Made by a program: the position numbers and the translations under genes
Assembly: GCA_038060895.1 (NCBI GenBank)
Contig: JBBTCT010000001.1
Coordinates: forward strand, 256,001-320,000
Direction: 5' to 3'
Length of the DNA: 64,000 nt
From: Planctomycetota bacterium
GTDB lineage: Bacteria > Planctomycetota > MHYJ01 > WSZJ01
The notes under the pieces: generated by a model
Seen by the model: the letters and a program-made list of their open reading frames with translations, nothing else
The model's database searches: none
What the model was told of the DNA's origin: nothing
Part shown: piece after piece, positions 45,039 through 54,231 of the stretch
Numbering within the stretch: the first letter of the stretch is position 1
Layout of the letters: each line of letters starts with the position of its first letter

Positions 45039-46826
45039 ATGCGCTTCCCTTTTCTCACCCTGTCGCTCCTTCTGGCCATTCCCGCCCTCGCCGAGGACGT
45101 CGCGACCATCCACGTCGTCCCGGGCTCGCACCTCGACATCGGGTTCACCGACACGCCGGATGGCGTAAAGGCGAAGCGGATCCGCGTGCTCGACGACGCG
45201 ATCGCCGCGGCGCAGGCGGACCCGGAGTTCCGGTGGTTCGAGGAGAGCGCGTGGACGGTGGACGCTTGGCGCGAAGCTCACAGAGATGACGCGAAGGCGC
45301 TCGACGCCTTGAAGGCGCTTCTCAAGGACGGCCGCATCAGCGTGGGCGCGGCATGGTGCAGCCCGCACGCCGCGATGTTCGCGGACCATCTCGACCTGCT
45401 GTTTTTCCACCTCGACCAGTTCGAGCGCGACTACGGAGTCCGACCCGTCGCCGCCGTCCTCAACGACGTCCCGATGTTCCCGCAGGCGCTCGTCGATGCC
45501 TGCGCCGCGGCGGGCGTGAAATACCTGCTCGTTGGCGCGAACACCGCGTTCTCGCCGCCGCTTCCGAAAGAACTCGAGCGCACTCCATTCTGGTGGGAGT
45601 CGCCTTCGGGGAAGCGCCTGCTGGTGTGGGTGGACGACGACGCTTACCCCGCGGCGTACATGAAGTGGGGTTTCGATCCGGACACCGCGCGCTTTTTCGC
45701 GCCGAAGGAATTCGACCCGAAGCTCGGGGCGCTGGAGACGATGAATGAAGGGATTTCCAGGATGGTCCGGGGGCTTGTCACGCCGCGCGGCGCGGCGATC
45801 GTGCAGCACGCGTTCGACAACTGGGACACGGGCCCGGCGAAGAAGCTGCCGAAGTTCGCGAAGCAGTGGAACGACTCGAAGAAGGGGCCGCGGATTTCGC
45901 TCGGCGGGCCGGAGGCATTTTTCCGCGACATCGAGGCGCGCTGCGGCAAGGACTTGCCCGTAAAGCGCGGCGAATGGGGCGGCGCGTGGGACGCGATCCG
46001 CGCGTGCAACCCTCTGTGGACCTGGCGGCTGCGCCAGGCGATGAAGAACCTCCCCGCCGACGCGCCGTACGCGACCAGAGCGCTCCTCGCTACGTCAATG
46101 GAGCACAGCCAGGGGCTTGGCCCCGGCTGGGGCGGCATGCTGACGGAAGCGCAGACGCTGGCGCACAACGAGCAGGTGGCGGGACTTTTCCGCCGCGCGG
46201 TCTCCGCGGTGGACCCGAAGCTCGTGGACGCGGTGCCGTCAGGCTTCGAAATGCCGACCTGCGAGGGCGAGCCCGCGGCCTGGAAGGCCGTCCTGACCCG
46301 CCCGCGCGCGCGCTTCCGCGCCGGCCAGCAGTGGCTCGGGCCGTTCGTGGTGGACACGGCGCCGGAGATCCGAACCGACCTCCTGTATTGCACGAATCAG
46401 ACTATCTACACGATCCGTTCGTCGTTCGACCGCGGGGCGATCGGCGTCGGCGACGGCGCTGCCGTGATCGAGATCCCGCTGAGAGCCGCTCCGAAGGACG
46501 TCACGCTGGCCGCCGCCGACTCGCCGGATGCGTGCGACGGAAAGTGGCTGCGCGGCGAGCCTCCCTCCTTCGTGGTCGCGCCGAACGGGCTGCGGGTCAA
46601 GGGGCTGAAGCACACGCTGAAGGTGACTGCCGACCTCGTCTTCTCCTGGTGCATCGTCAAGGACAAGGAGGATGCGTCGCGTTGCTACCTGCAGGGACTG
46701 GTCGCCCGGCAGGGGCGCCAGTGCGAATTCAAGGACAAGACGATCAAGGTGCTGGACTTCGAGAAGCTCTACGTGGGCGAGCCGCTGAGACTGGAAATCG
46801 GGGTGCGCATCGAGATCGGTGAGTAG
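45039..46826 (+). CDS. secreted glycoside hydrolase family 38-like (N-terminal domain) protein
   Basis: Signal peptide; IHVVPGSHLDIGFTD, FRWFEES, NDVP and PFWWESPSG motifs. Confidence 0.7.
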   Translation: MRFPFLTLSLLLAIPALAEDVATIHVVPGSHLDIGFTDTPDGVKAKRIRVLDDAIAAAQADPEFRWFEESAWTVDAWREAHRDDAKALDALKALLKDGRISVGAAWCSPHAAMFADHLDLLFFHLDQFERDYGVRPVAAVLNDVPMFPQALVDACAAAGVKYLLVGANTAFSPPLPKELERTPFWWESPSGKRLLVWVDDDAYPAAYMKWGFDPDTARFFAPKEFDPKLGALETMNEGISRMVRGLVTPRGAAIVQHAFDNWDTGPAKKLPKFAKQWNDSKKGPRISLGGPEAFFRDIEARCGKDLPVKRGEWGGAWDAIRACNPLWTWRLRQAMKNLPADAPYATRALLATSMEHSQGLGPGWGGMLTEAQTLAHNEQVAGLFRRAVSAVDPKLVDAVPSGFEMPTCEGEPAAWKAVLTRPRARFRAGQQWLGPFVVDTAPEIRTDLLYCTNQTIYTIRSSFDRGAIGVGDGAAVIEIPLRAAPKDVTLAAADSPDACDGKWLRGEPPSFVVAPNGLRVKGLKHTLKVTADLVFSWCIVKDKEDASRCYLQGLVARQGRQCEFKDKTIKVLDFEKLYVGEPLRLEIGVRIEIGE

Positions 46827-46831
46827 CGCGC

Positions 46832-47608
46832 ATGCCTCCCCAGGAAACCGTCCTCGTCACCGGTGCGTCCTCCGGGATCGGCCTCGAAATCGCGAAGCTG
46901 TTCGCGGCGGACCGCTCGGACCTGGTGCTGGTCGCGCGCCGTGGCGAGAGGCTGGAGGCTCTCGCGAAGGAGCTGCGCGCGAAGCACGGCATCGAGGCGC
47001 GCGTCGTCGCGAAGGACCTCGCCGCCCCGGGCACGACCGAAGAGATCTACGAGTCGCTCAAGAACCGCGGCGTCGCCATCGACGTCCTCGTCAACAACGC
47101 CGGCTTCGGCAAACAGGGCCGCTTCCATGAAATTGACGCAGCGCAGCAATCCGAGATGATCCGCCTCAACATCCTCGCCCTCACCGACCTCACCCGCGCC
47201 TTCCTCCCCGGCATGGTCGCCCGCCGCAAGGGAGGCATTCTCAATGTCGCTTCCACCGCGGCCTTCCAGCCCGGGCCGCTCATGTCCGTCTACTACGCGA
47301 CCAAGGCCTACGTCCTGTCCTTCACCGAGGGGATTGCCGAGGAACTCAAAGGCACCGGCGTCACCGCCACCTGCCTCTGCCCGGGTCCCACAAAAACCGA
47401 ATTCATCGCGCGCGCCGGCATGAAGGCGTCCAACGCCTTCGAAGCCGCCGCGATGAGCGCCGAGCGTGCGGCCAGGAAGGGCCATCGCGCCTTCCGGCGC
47501 GGAAAGGTCGTCGCCATCCCCGGTGTTGTTAACTTCCTGGGAGCGTTTCTGCCGCGGATCGCGCCGCGGTGGCTGCCGAGGAAAGTGACGAGGCGACTGA
47601 ACAGTTGA
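46832..47608 (+). CDS. short-chain dehydrogenase/reductase
   Basis: TGASSGIG, LVNNAG and YYATK motifs. Confidence 0.93.
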   Translation: MPPQETVLVTGASSGIGLEIAKLFAADRSDLVLVARRGERLEALAKELRAKHGIEARVVAKDLAAPGTTEEIYESLKNRGVAIDVLVNNAGFGKQGRFHEIDAAQQSEMIRLNILALTDLTRAFLPGMVARRKGGILNVASTAAFQPGPLMSVYYATKAYVLSFTEGIAEELKGTGVTATCLCPGPTKTEFIARAGMKASNAFEAAAMSAERAARKGHRAFRRGKVVAIPGVVNFLGAFLPRIAPRWLPRKVTRRLNS

Positions 47609-47679
47609 GCGGACCGGGGCAAGTCATTTCCCATGCGGCCCGGACAGAACAGGAGCTCGAATCCGGCAATCACAAACGG

Positions 47680-48543
47680 TTACTGGGTTGAACCGGCGCC
47701 GTGCGCAACGTAAACGAGGACCGTCTTTCCGTAGTGCATCTCTTCGCCCTTGAGCCGCATCCCGATCTTTTTCAGCACGGCGAGCGACTCCACGTTGGTC
47801 ATCTGTGCCACCGCCACGATCTGCGGGAGCTTGAGCGTCTCGAGCCCGTAGGTCAGCGCCGCCCGGGCCGCTTCGGTCGCGAGCCCTTTGCCGCGCCATT
47901 TCGCCCCGAGCGCGTAGGAGAGCGCGACGGTCGCGCCTCCTTCGAGATCCTGGAGCCCGCAGTGGCCGGCGACTTCACCCGATTCCTTCGGGACGACCGC
48001 CCACGGGCCGTAGCCGCGGTCGCGGTAGAGCTTTGCGAAGCGCTGCAGTTCCTTCTTCGTCCCCTCGCGGTCGCGCGTCGCGCCGTCGCCAAGCCAGCGC
48101 GTCGTCGCGGCGTCCTCGTAAATGGCGGTGAGCGCTTCGAGATCCTTCGTCGTGAATTCGCGGAGCCAGAGCCGCGAGGTCTCGACGACCAGCCGGGCCT
48201 GCTCGGATTCGACCTGGTTTTCCACCGCGCTGCGCACGTCGCGCGGCTCGACGTCCATCCCGATCGCCGTGTCGCCCGCCCAGTTGATCCCCACCATCCA
48301 GTTGTTCGCCTCGCAGCGCGGCAGCCAGATGTCCCGGAACTCGGACCAGGGCAGCTCGTCCACCTTGAATCCGGCGAATTCCGCGTCCTTCGTGATGATC
48401 CGCTCAACCCGGGGGCGGCTGGACCAGATCGGAACCGTTCTGCGCCCCCCGGGGGCGACCGGCGCGGGAACTCCTCGCGCGTCGCGCACCATGAAAACAC
48501 GCTCGCTCTGGGAAACTTCCTTCGCGAAGTCGTCGAGCGACAC
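47680..48543 (-). CDS. DUF2750-like domain fused to RimJ/RimL-type GNAT acetyltransferase
   Basis: N-terminal VPIWSS...WLP...VGINW; C-terminal ETSRLWLREF, GKGLATEAA and NVESLAVLKKIGM; GTG start after GGAGG. Confidence 0.75.
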   Translation of the reverse strand: MSLDDFAKEVSQSERVFMVRDARGVPAPVAPGGRRTVPIWSSRPRVERIITKDAEFAGFKVDELPWSEFRDIWLPRCEANNWMVGINWAGDTAIGMDVEPRDVRSAVENQVESEQARLVVETSRLWLREFTTKDLEALTAIYEDAATTRWLGDGATRDREGTKKELQRFAKLYRDRGYGPWAVVPKESGEVAGHCGLQDLEGGATVALSYALGAKWRGKGLATEAARAALTYGLETLKLPQIVAVAQMTNVESLAVLKKIGMRLKGEEMHYGKTVLVYVAHGAGSTQ

Positions 48544-48610
48544 CCTGGGCGACCCTCCGCAGTCTGGTTTGGACTCAAAAGTACCCGCCTTCGCTCCGGC
48601 ACGCACGTCT

Positions 48611-48709
48611 GCCGAAGCCCGAAGGCGGATCGTGCCGGAGCTTCGGCGGGTAAGCCGGGCCGAAACGCGGCGCGTGGCCGGCCCGAACGGATTTCCTCGG
48701 CCCGGCTTA
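48611..48709. repeat. two adjacent REP-like hairpins
   Basis: GCCGAAGC...GCTTCGGC (48611-48647) and a perfect 13-bp inverted repeat TAAGCCGGGCCGA...TCGGCCCGGCTTA (48651-48709). Confidence 0.7.
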
Positions 48710-50719
48710 GCCCCCGATCAGTTTCTCCGCCTCGTCGGCGGCAGCCTTGATCGCGGGGTTGTCGTCGAAGTGCTTCCGGATCCGGTCGATGGCTCCGCGG
48801 GCGGCCGGGTCCTTGAACCCGGGGATGGCCTTGAGGATGCGGACCGCCGACGCGCGGCGGACCGGCTCCGGGTCGATGTGCTCGCTTCCCGATTTCGCGG
48901 TTGTGAGAAGAATCCTCTGGATCAGGATGCCGTCGACGGCCGCCCAGATGGCAGGGTCGCCCCAGGACGCGAATGTCGAGACGAGCGCGGCATTGAGCGC
49001 GTGAAGCTGCGCCCAGGTTTCGTCCCAGATCCAGCGCTCGGCAAGCCTGTCGAACTCGTTCGCGAACTTGTGGACGGCGAGCGCGAGCCAGTGGGCTTCC
49101 TCCGGCCCTGCGGCCGTGGCGAGGGATTCCGCGGCGGCGAAGCGGACCTTCCAGGACGGATCGGTCAGGGCGCCCAGCAGGACGGTGGCCGCGTGAAGAT
49201 CGCGGACGGCGCCGAGCGCGCGGGCGGCCTGCGTCCGGGCTTCGTGGCAGTCGATGCGCCGGTCCTCGACGATCGCCGTGAGCGGCTTCACCGCGAGCGG
49301 GCTCTTCAGCTCGATGAGCCGGTCCGCCGCGGCCTTCGCGAGGACGCCGCCCAGGCGGACGTCGGCGATCAGTTCTTCAAGTTCTCCCGCCCGCCCGGCC
49401 GGCCGCGTCGCCGGGAAGTACACCGTTTCGTCGGGCCACAGCGGCTCGAGGAAACTCGAGCGCGTGCCATGGATCGGCTCCGGTTTCGACGGCCCCTTTT
49501 TCATGCGGTGGCGCCGCCGGAAATACAGGAACGAATCCGCGATCACCGCCTGCGGCCATCCGTGCTGCTGGTCGGTCCACTCGCAGTAGACGAAGTCCGC
49601 GTCGGCTTTCCGCAGATTCTTCGCGGCCATCCGGTTGCGGTCGGGCGAAAAGTCGTCGCTGGACTGGTAGAAGTAGAGTCCCGTCCCCTGCGCGGCCGCG
49701 TTGAGTTCATTCCCGTTGCTCGACGAAGCCGCCGGCGCGAACGCCGCGAATTTTTCGGGGTACTTCGTCCCGAAGTGCCACGTGCCGCTTCCGCCCATCG
49801 AGTGCCCGGTGACGTACACGCGGTTCATGTCGATGTTGTACTGCAGCATCGCTTCGTCGATCACCGACAGCACGTACGTGTCCCCCTGCGCCGTCCAGGG
49901 CCGCGGGTCCGCCGTCGGAGCTACCACGATCACGTCCCACTTCTTCGTTTCCGCGAACGTGAAGTGCTTCACGAACGTGTGCCCCTCGCCGATCCCGCCG
50001 AGACCGTTCCAGGTGCCGTGAAGCGCGAGCACCATCGGGTAGGCGCGATGCGGGTCGTAGTTCGCCGGCAGCCAGACCGTGTAGACGCCGCTCGCGTGCT
50101 GCGAGTTGTACGTCAGTTGAATGTCTTCCGTGACGACTCCCGCCTTGTGCGCGCTCGAGCGCGCGACGCGGTCGAAGTACTCGATGGGAAGCGTCACGCC
50201 GAAGTCCTTGCGAAGCCGCGCGCGCAGGTCCCGCCGCGCCGCCCCGTCCAGCTTCAGCCAGTCCGCGATCGCCGTGCGGATGTCCTTGTTGTGCCGCGGG
50301 CTCGCCTTCAGCACCGCGTCCACGTCAGCGCCGATTTCGGCCCTCGCTTCCGGCTCCGCCGAATCCCGGGCCAGCGCGTCCAGCGCTTCCTCCCGCGCTT
50401 CGATCGTGAATCCGTTCGCCTTGCAGAACCTCATCATCTCGACGTGGTCCTGGTTCGGCGCGCTGGAATTGAACCAGTATTCCCGCAGCGGATCGGGAGG
50501 CGTGATCTCGATCTTCGTCACGTCGGAGCGTTCGAAGCGCTTGAGGCCCCACACCATCTCCTTCATCGTGCAATTGAAGGGGTTGATGACGACGTCCCCT
50601 TCGGCGCCGGAGACGACCTTGCCGTCGTAGGAGGCGCCCTCGGAGAGCCAGACGGTATCGCCGGCGACGAGGGCGGCGAGGGAGAGGAGAAGGGCGGAAG
50701 GAAGGAGCAGGCGGCGCAT
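48707..50719 (-). CDS. secreted alpha/beta-hydrolase (esterase, GHSMGG) fused to HEAT repeats
   Basis: Signal peptide; YPMVLALHG, RVYVTGHSMGG; C-terminal ARTQAARALG and VRFAAAESL HEAT repeats. Confidence 0.85.
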   Translation of the reverse strand: MRRLLLPSALLLSLAALVAGDTVWLSEGASYDGKVVSGAEGDVVINPFNCTMKEMVWGLKRFERSDVTKIEITPPDPLREYWFNSSAPNQDHVEMMRFCKANGFTIEAREEALDALARDSAEPEARAEIGADVDAVLKASPRHNKDIRTAIADWLKLDGAARRDLRARLRKDFGVTLPIEYFDRVARSSAHKAGVVTEDIQLTYNSQHASGVYTVWLPANYDPHRAYPMVLALHGTWNGLGGIGEGHTFVKHFTFAETKKWDVIVVAPTADPRPWTAQGDTYVLSVIDEAMLQYNIDMNRVYVTGHSMGGSGTWHFGTKYPEKFAAFAPAASSSNGNELNAAAQGTGLYFYQSSDDFSPDRNRMAAKNLRKADADFVYCEWTDQQHGWPQAVIADSFLYFRRRHRMKKGPSKPEPIHGTRSSFLEPLWPDETVYFPATRPAGRAGELEELIADVRLGGVLAKAAADRLIELKSPLAVKPLTAIVEDRRIDCHEARTQAARALGAVRDLHAATVLLGALTDPSWKVRFAAAESLATAAGPEEAHWLALAVHKFANEFDRLAERWIWDETWAQLHALNAALVSTFASWGDPAIWAAVDGILIQRILLTTAKSGSEHIDPEPVRRASAVRILKAIPGFKDPAARGAIDRIRKHFDDNPAIKAAADEAEKLIGG

Positions 50720-50802
50720 CGGGCGCTCCGTGTGGGAGGGGAGGGAGACTCTACCGCGTGGGAGTGGGCGGGGTGAATGGCTATCGATGCGGGGGTCGAA
50801 GG

Positions 50803-50931
50803 AAAACGGCTACAAGGAAACGAAACAGGAAAAAGGAAAAACAAAAAACGAAAAGCAAACTGCGCCCTTGCTCATAACGTTTTCGTTTTTGGTTTTTCCT
50901 TTTTCGTTTTTCGTTTCCTTGTAGCCGTTTT
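50803..50931. repeat. repeat-armed palindrome (CGAAAAA heptamer units)
   Basis: AAAACGGCTACAAGGAAACGAAA...TTTCGTTTCCTTGTAGCCGTTTT. Confidence 0.92.
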
Positions 50932-50979
50932 TGCCCTCCGCCCGTCTTCAACCACTGTCCCATGCCGTATCCTATGTGA

Positions 50980-52071
50980 GTGACTCTCGACCACCTTGTT
51001 ATTGCCGCGGGCGCGGGATCGTTTCTCTTCTCGCTCCTCCTCACGCCCGTGGTCCGCGCGGTCGCCCGGTCGAGGGGATTCGTGGACGAGCCGGGGCCGC
51101 GCAAGATCCACTCGTGGCCGGTCGCGCTCGGCGGCGGCGTCGCTATTTTCGGCGCCGTGTGGATCCCGCTTGCCGTCGCGCTCGTCGCAGCGCTCGCGCC
51201 GGGGCTCGTGAAGAGCTTCGCCCCGGGGCTGGCGGAGCATCTCGCGGGCGCAAAGATGGTCGCGCCCCAGGCGGCGGCGTATCTCGGCGGTGCGCTCGTC
51301 GTATTCGTCCTCGGGCTGGTCGATGACGCGAAAGGCCTCGGGCCAAAGGTAAAACTCCTGGTTCAGGTCGCCGTCGGCCTGGGGCTCGCCGCCAGCGGGA
51401 TCCGGCTCTCGTCCTTCCTCGACCGCTACGGCTTCGCGGGACAGGCCCTGCAGTTCGCCGCGACCGTCGGCTGGTTCGTGGTCGTCACCAACGCGTTCAA
51501 CCTCCTCGACAACATGGACGGGCTCGCCGCAGGTGTCGCCGCCGCCGCGGCTGCCGCGTTCGGCGTCATCGCCCTCGCGACCGGCCAGCTCTTCATCGCC
51601 TTCGCACTCTTCACACTCCTCGGCGGCGCTCTCGGCTTCCTCGCCTATAACCGCCCGCCCGCGACCATCTTCATGGGCGACGCCGGCTCGCTCACGCTCG
51701 GCTACCACCTCGCCGTCCTGACGATTCTCTTCACGTTCTACGACGGCATGCACCCGCTCTCGGTCTATTTTGTCCCGCTCCTCGTTCTCGCCATCCCGTT
51801 CTACGACACCGCTTCCGTCATCCTTATCCGCCTTCGCGCCGGCAAGCCCATCATGGTCGGCGATACCAATCACTTCTCGCACCGCCTCGTCGCCCTCGGC
51901 CTCTCCCGCGCCTCGGCCGTCGGCCTCATCGTCGTCCTCACCTGCGTCACCGGGATCGCGGCCGTGCTCATGTACCGCACCGACCTGGCGGGAAGCGTCC
52001 TCGTGTTCTCGCAGACGCTTCTCGTGCTCACCGTCGTCGCGGTCCTCGAAATCGCAGGGCGCCGCAAATGA
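50980..52071 (+). CDS. wecA: undecaprenyl-phosphate GlcNAc-1-phosphate transferase (WecA/TagO, MraY family)
   Basis: RKIH, GG.AI, GLVDD, NAFNLLDNMDG, IFMGDAGS and DTNHFSHRL motifs. Confidence 0.88.
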   Translation: MTLDHLVIAAGAGSFLFSLLLTPVVRAVARSRGFVDEPGPRKIHSWPVALGGGVAIFGAVWIPLAVALVAALAPGLVKSFAPGLAEHLAGAKMVAPQAAAYLGGALVVFVLGLVDDAKGLGPKVKLLVQVAVGLGLAASGIRLSSFLDRYGFAGQALQFAATVGWFVVVTNAFNLLDNMDGLAAGVAAAAAAAFGVIALATGQLFIAFALFTLLGGALGFLAYNRPPATIFMGDAGSLTLGYHLAVLTILFTFYDGMHPLSVYFVPLLVLAIPFYDTASVILIRLRAGKPIMVGDTNHFSHRLVALGLSRASAVGLIVVLTCVTGIAAVLMYRTDLAGSVLVFSQTLLVLTVVAVLEIAGRRK

Positions 52072-54080
52072 TCGCCTGGGCCCGCCCCGTCGGCGCCGGC
52101 CTCGCGGCTTTCGCGATCGTCGCGCGTGTTCTGTTTCCAGGAGAGGCTGCCGGGTGGGGACTGAGCCTCCTGCTCGACGCGATCGCGATGCTCGCGGCGG
52201 CGATCGTGTTCGTGGGCGAGGACAAACTCAAGGCGTCGCACGCCGGTTTCGCACTCTGCGCGCTCGGCCTCTGGGCCGCGGTTTCCTCGACGTGGGCGGG
52301 AGAAGGGCTCCCGGCGCTGGCCACGGCGACCACCTGGTTCGCGGCCGGCGTGCTGGCAATCGCCTGCGCGCAATCGGCCCGCGACAGCGCCGTCCACGCG
52401 CTCGTCGCAGCGGCCGCCCTGCAGGCCGGCTACGCGATCTGGCACCGCTATCTCGGACTCGCCGACGCGCGCGACTACTACAACAACAACCGCTACCAGA
52501 TGCGGTTTTCCTCGGCCCTCGAACGGGCCGAATACGAAGCGAGGCTCTTCACCCAGGAAGCCATCGGCACTTTTGGCATCTCGAACCTCCTCTGCGCTTT
52601 CCTCGCCATTTCGCTTCCCCTCGTCGTCGGCCGCATTCTCGACGCGACGACCCGGCGGGCGCGCCTGTGCCTGGTTCCCGTCGCGCTGACGATGGCGTTC
52701 GCGGCGGTCCTCACGAATTCGAAAGGCGGCTTCATCGCGATCGCGGCCGCGTCGGCCGTCTTTGCGTGGCGCGTTTACGCGCCCGAGGGAAAGCGCCGCC
52801 TTCGCCTCGGGCTTGCCGGCGCGGGCGCTGCAGTCGCTCTCGGCGCTGCGCTTCTGGCCCTTCACCCCGGGCCGTTCGACTGGACAAATCCGAAGACCAG
52901 CTTCGGCTACCGCGCCAACTACGCGCGCGGTTCGCTGGGAGTGATCCAGGAAGCGCCGGTCCTGGGCGTCGGCGCGTCGAACTGGAGCGCGCACTACACG
53001 GCGCACATGACCCCGACCGCGGGCGAAGCGCAGCGGGGGCATTTCGACATCCTTCAGGTGCTGGGCGAACTCGGCCCCATCGGACTCCTTCTCTTCGCCG
53101 CCGTCGCCTTCTTCGCCCTGCGCAACTTCCTCGCAACTCCGGAAATCCCCCCACTCCCGACTCCCGGCTCCGAACCCGATCCACCCCCAGCCGCGCCAAC
53201 TATGCAATTCCCCTGGCCTGCCGCCCTCGGCATCTCGGCCGCCATTGCCTTTGGTGAAGCGTTGAATTCCCACGTCTTCGCCATGGGCCCCCTCGCCCTG
53301 GCCGCCATAGCGCTGCTCGCGGCCGCCATTGCCGGCTCCTCTGAAATCCCGTTCGGGCGATTCACGAGGGCGGGAGCCTGCGCCGGCGCCGCCGCGTTCT
53401 TCGTCCATGGCCTCGTCGAGTACGACCTGTATGTGCCGGGCCTCGTCTTCTCGCTCGCCGCCGCGCTCTCCTTCGCGGCCGGCGCCGCGACGCGGTGGCG
53501 CGGCCGCCTCGTCGCCGCGATCCCCGCCCTCGCTTCCATTCCCGCCCTCCTCCACGCCGCGCCTTTCATGCAGGCCGACACCGTCATCGAGAAGACTCGC
53601 GAGCAGGTGAGCGCGCAGGAAGCGGCAAAGTTCCGCGAACCGCATTCTGGAGCGGCCCTGCTTTCGGAACTGCGTGAGGCGCGGCGGGCCAATCCTTACG
53701 ACCCGAATCTTCCCTATCACGAAGCGATCGCCGTGCACAGCGGTCGGCACGGGCCTGAGGAGTGTTTCTCCGCCCTCGACGCCGCCATCGCGCTCGCGCC
53801 GCACCAGGAAGGGCTGTACCAGATGCGAGGGCTCTTTCACGAGGCGCACCAGGATCTGCCGGCGGCGCTCAAGGATTACGACCGTGCGGTGGAGCTTTAC
53901 CCCAACAATGCGAAGCTCCGGTACATGCGGGGCTGGGCGCGGCACGCCGCGAAGATCCCGGGGTGGCGCGAGGAATTCGAGAAGGCATTTGAGCTGTCAC
54001 GGCAGATGGACATGCCGAGGAGGCAGTTGGCGCCGGAGGAAATTGAGGAGGCGAGGGAGGAGTTGCGAAAGGCGAGGTGA
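52068..54080 (+). CDS. O-antigen ligase (Wzy_C) family membrane protein with C-terminal TPR
   Basis: Multiple TM segments; GTFGISN, TNSKGG, PVLGVG and H.DILQVLGELG motifs; TPR tail. Confidence 0.85.
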   Translation: MIAWARPVGAGLAAFAIVARVLFPGEAAGWGLSLLLDAIAMLAAAIVFVGEDKLKASHAGFALCALGLWAAVSSTWAGEGLPALATATTWFAAGVLAIACAQSARDSAVHALVAAAALQAGYAIWHRYLGLADARDYYNNNRYQMRFSSALERAEYEARLFTQEAIGTFGISNLLCAFLAISLPLVVGRILDATTRRARLCLVPVALTMAFAAVLTNSKGGFIAIAAASAVFAWRVYAPEGKRRLRLGLAGAGAAVALGAALLALHPGPFDWTNPKTSFGYRANYARGSLGVIQEAPVLGVGASNWSAHYTAHMTPTAGEAQRGHFDILQVLGELGPIGLLLFAAVAFFALRNFLATPEIPPLPTPGSEPDPPPAAPTMQFPWPAALGISAAIAFGEALNSHVFAMGPLALAAIALLAAAIAGSSEIPFGRFTRAGACAGAAAFFVHGLVEYDLYVPGLVFSLAAALSFAAGAATRWRGRLVAAIPALASIPALLHAAPFMQADTVIEKTREQVSAQEAAKFREPHSGAALLSELREARRANPYDPNLPYHEAIAVHSGRHGPEECFSALDAAIALAPHQEGLYQMRGLFHEAHQDLPAALKDYDRAVELYPNNAKLRYMRGWARHAAKIPGWREEFEKAFELSRQMDMPRRQLAPEEIEEAREELRKAR

Positions 54081-54082
54081 GG

Positions 54083-54223
54083 GAAAGAGGACAACAACGA
54101 AACGAAAAATGAAAAACGAAAAAGAAAAAACGAAAAGCTCACTTCGAGAGGCGGTCCCGGGCTCTTCGCTTCTACTTTGTTGTTCTTAGTTTTTCGTTTT
54201 TCGTTTCGTTGTTGACGTTGTTC
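54083..54223. repeat. repeat-armed palindrome (CGAAAAA units) between convergent genes
   Basis: CAACAACGAAACGAAAAATGAAAAACG...GTTTTTCGTTTTTCGTTTCGTTGTTG; same alphabet as 50803-50931. Confidence 0.88.
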
Positions 54224-54231
54224 AACCCTCG

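Noticed and set aside
50931-50975. Reverse strand resembles a tRNA 5' half (…ACAGTGGTTGAAG…)
   Set aside because: No acceptor stem, T-loop GTTCGA or cloverleaf could be built.
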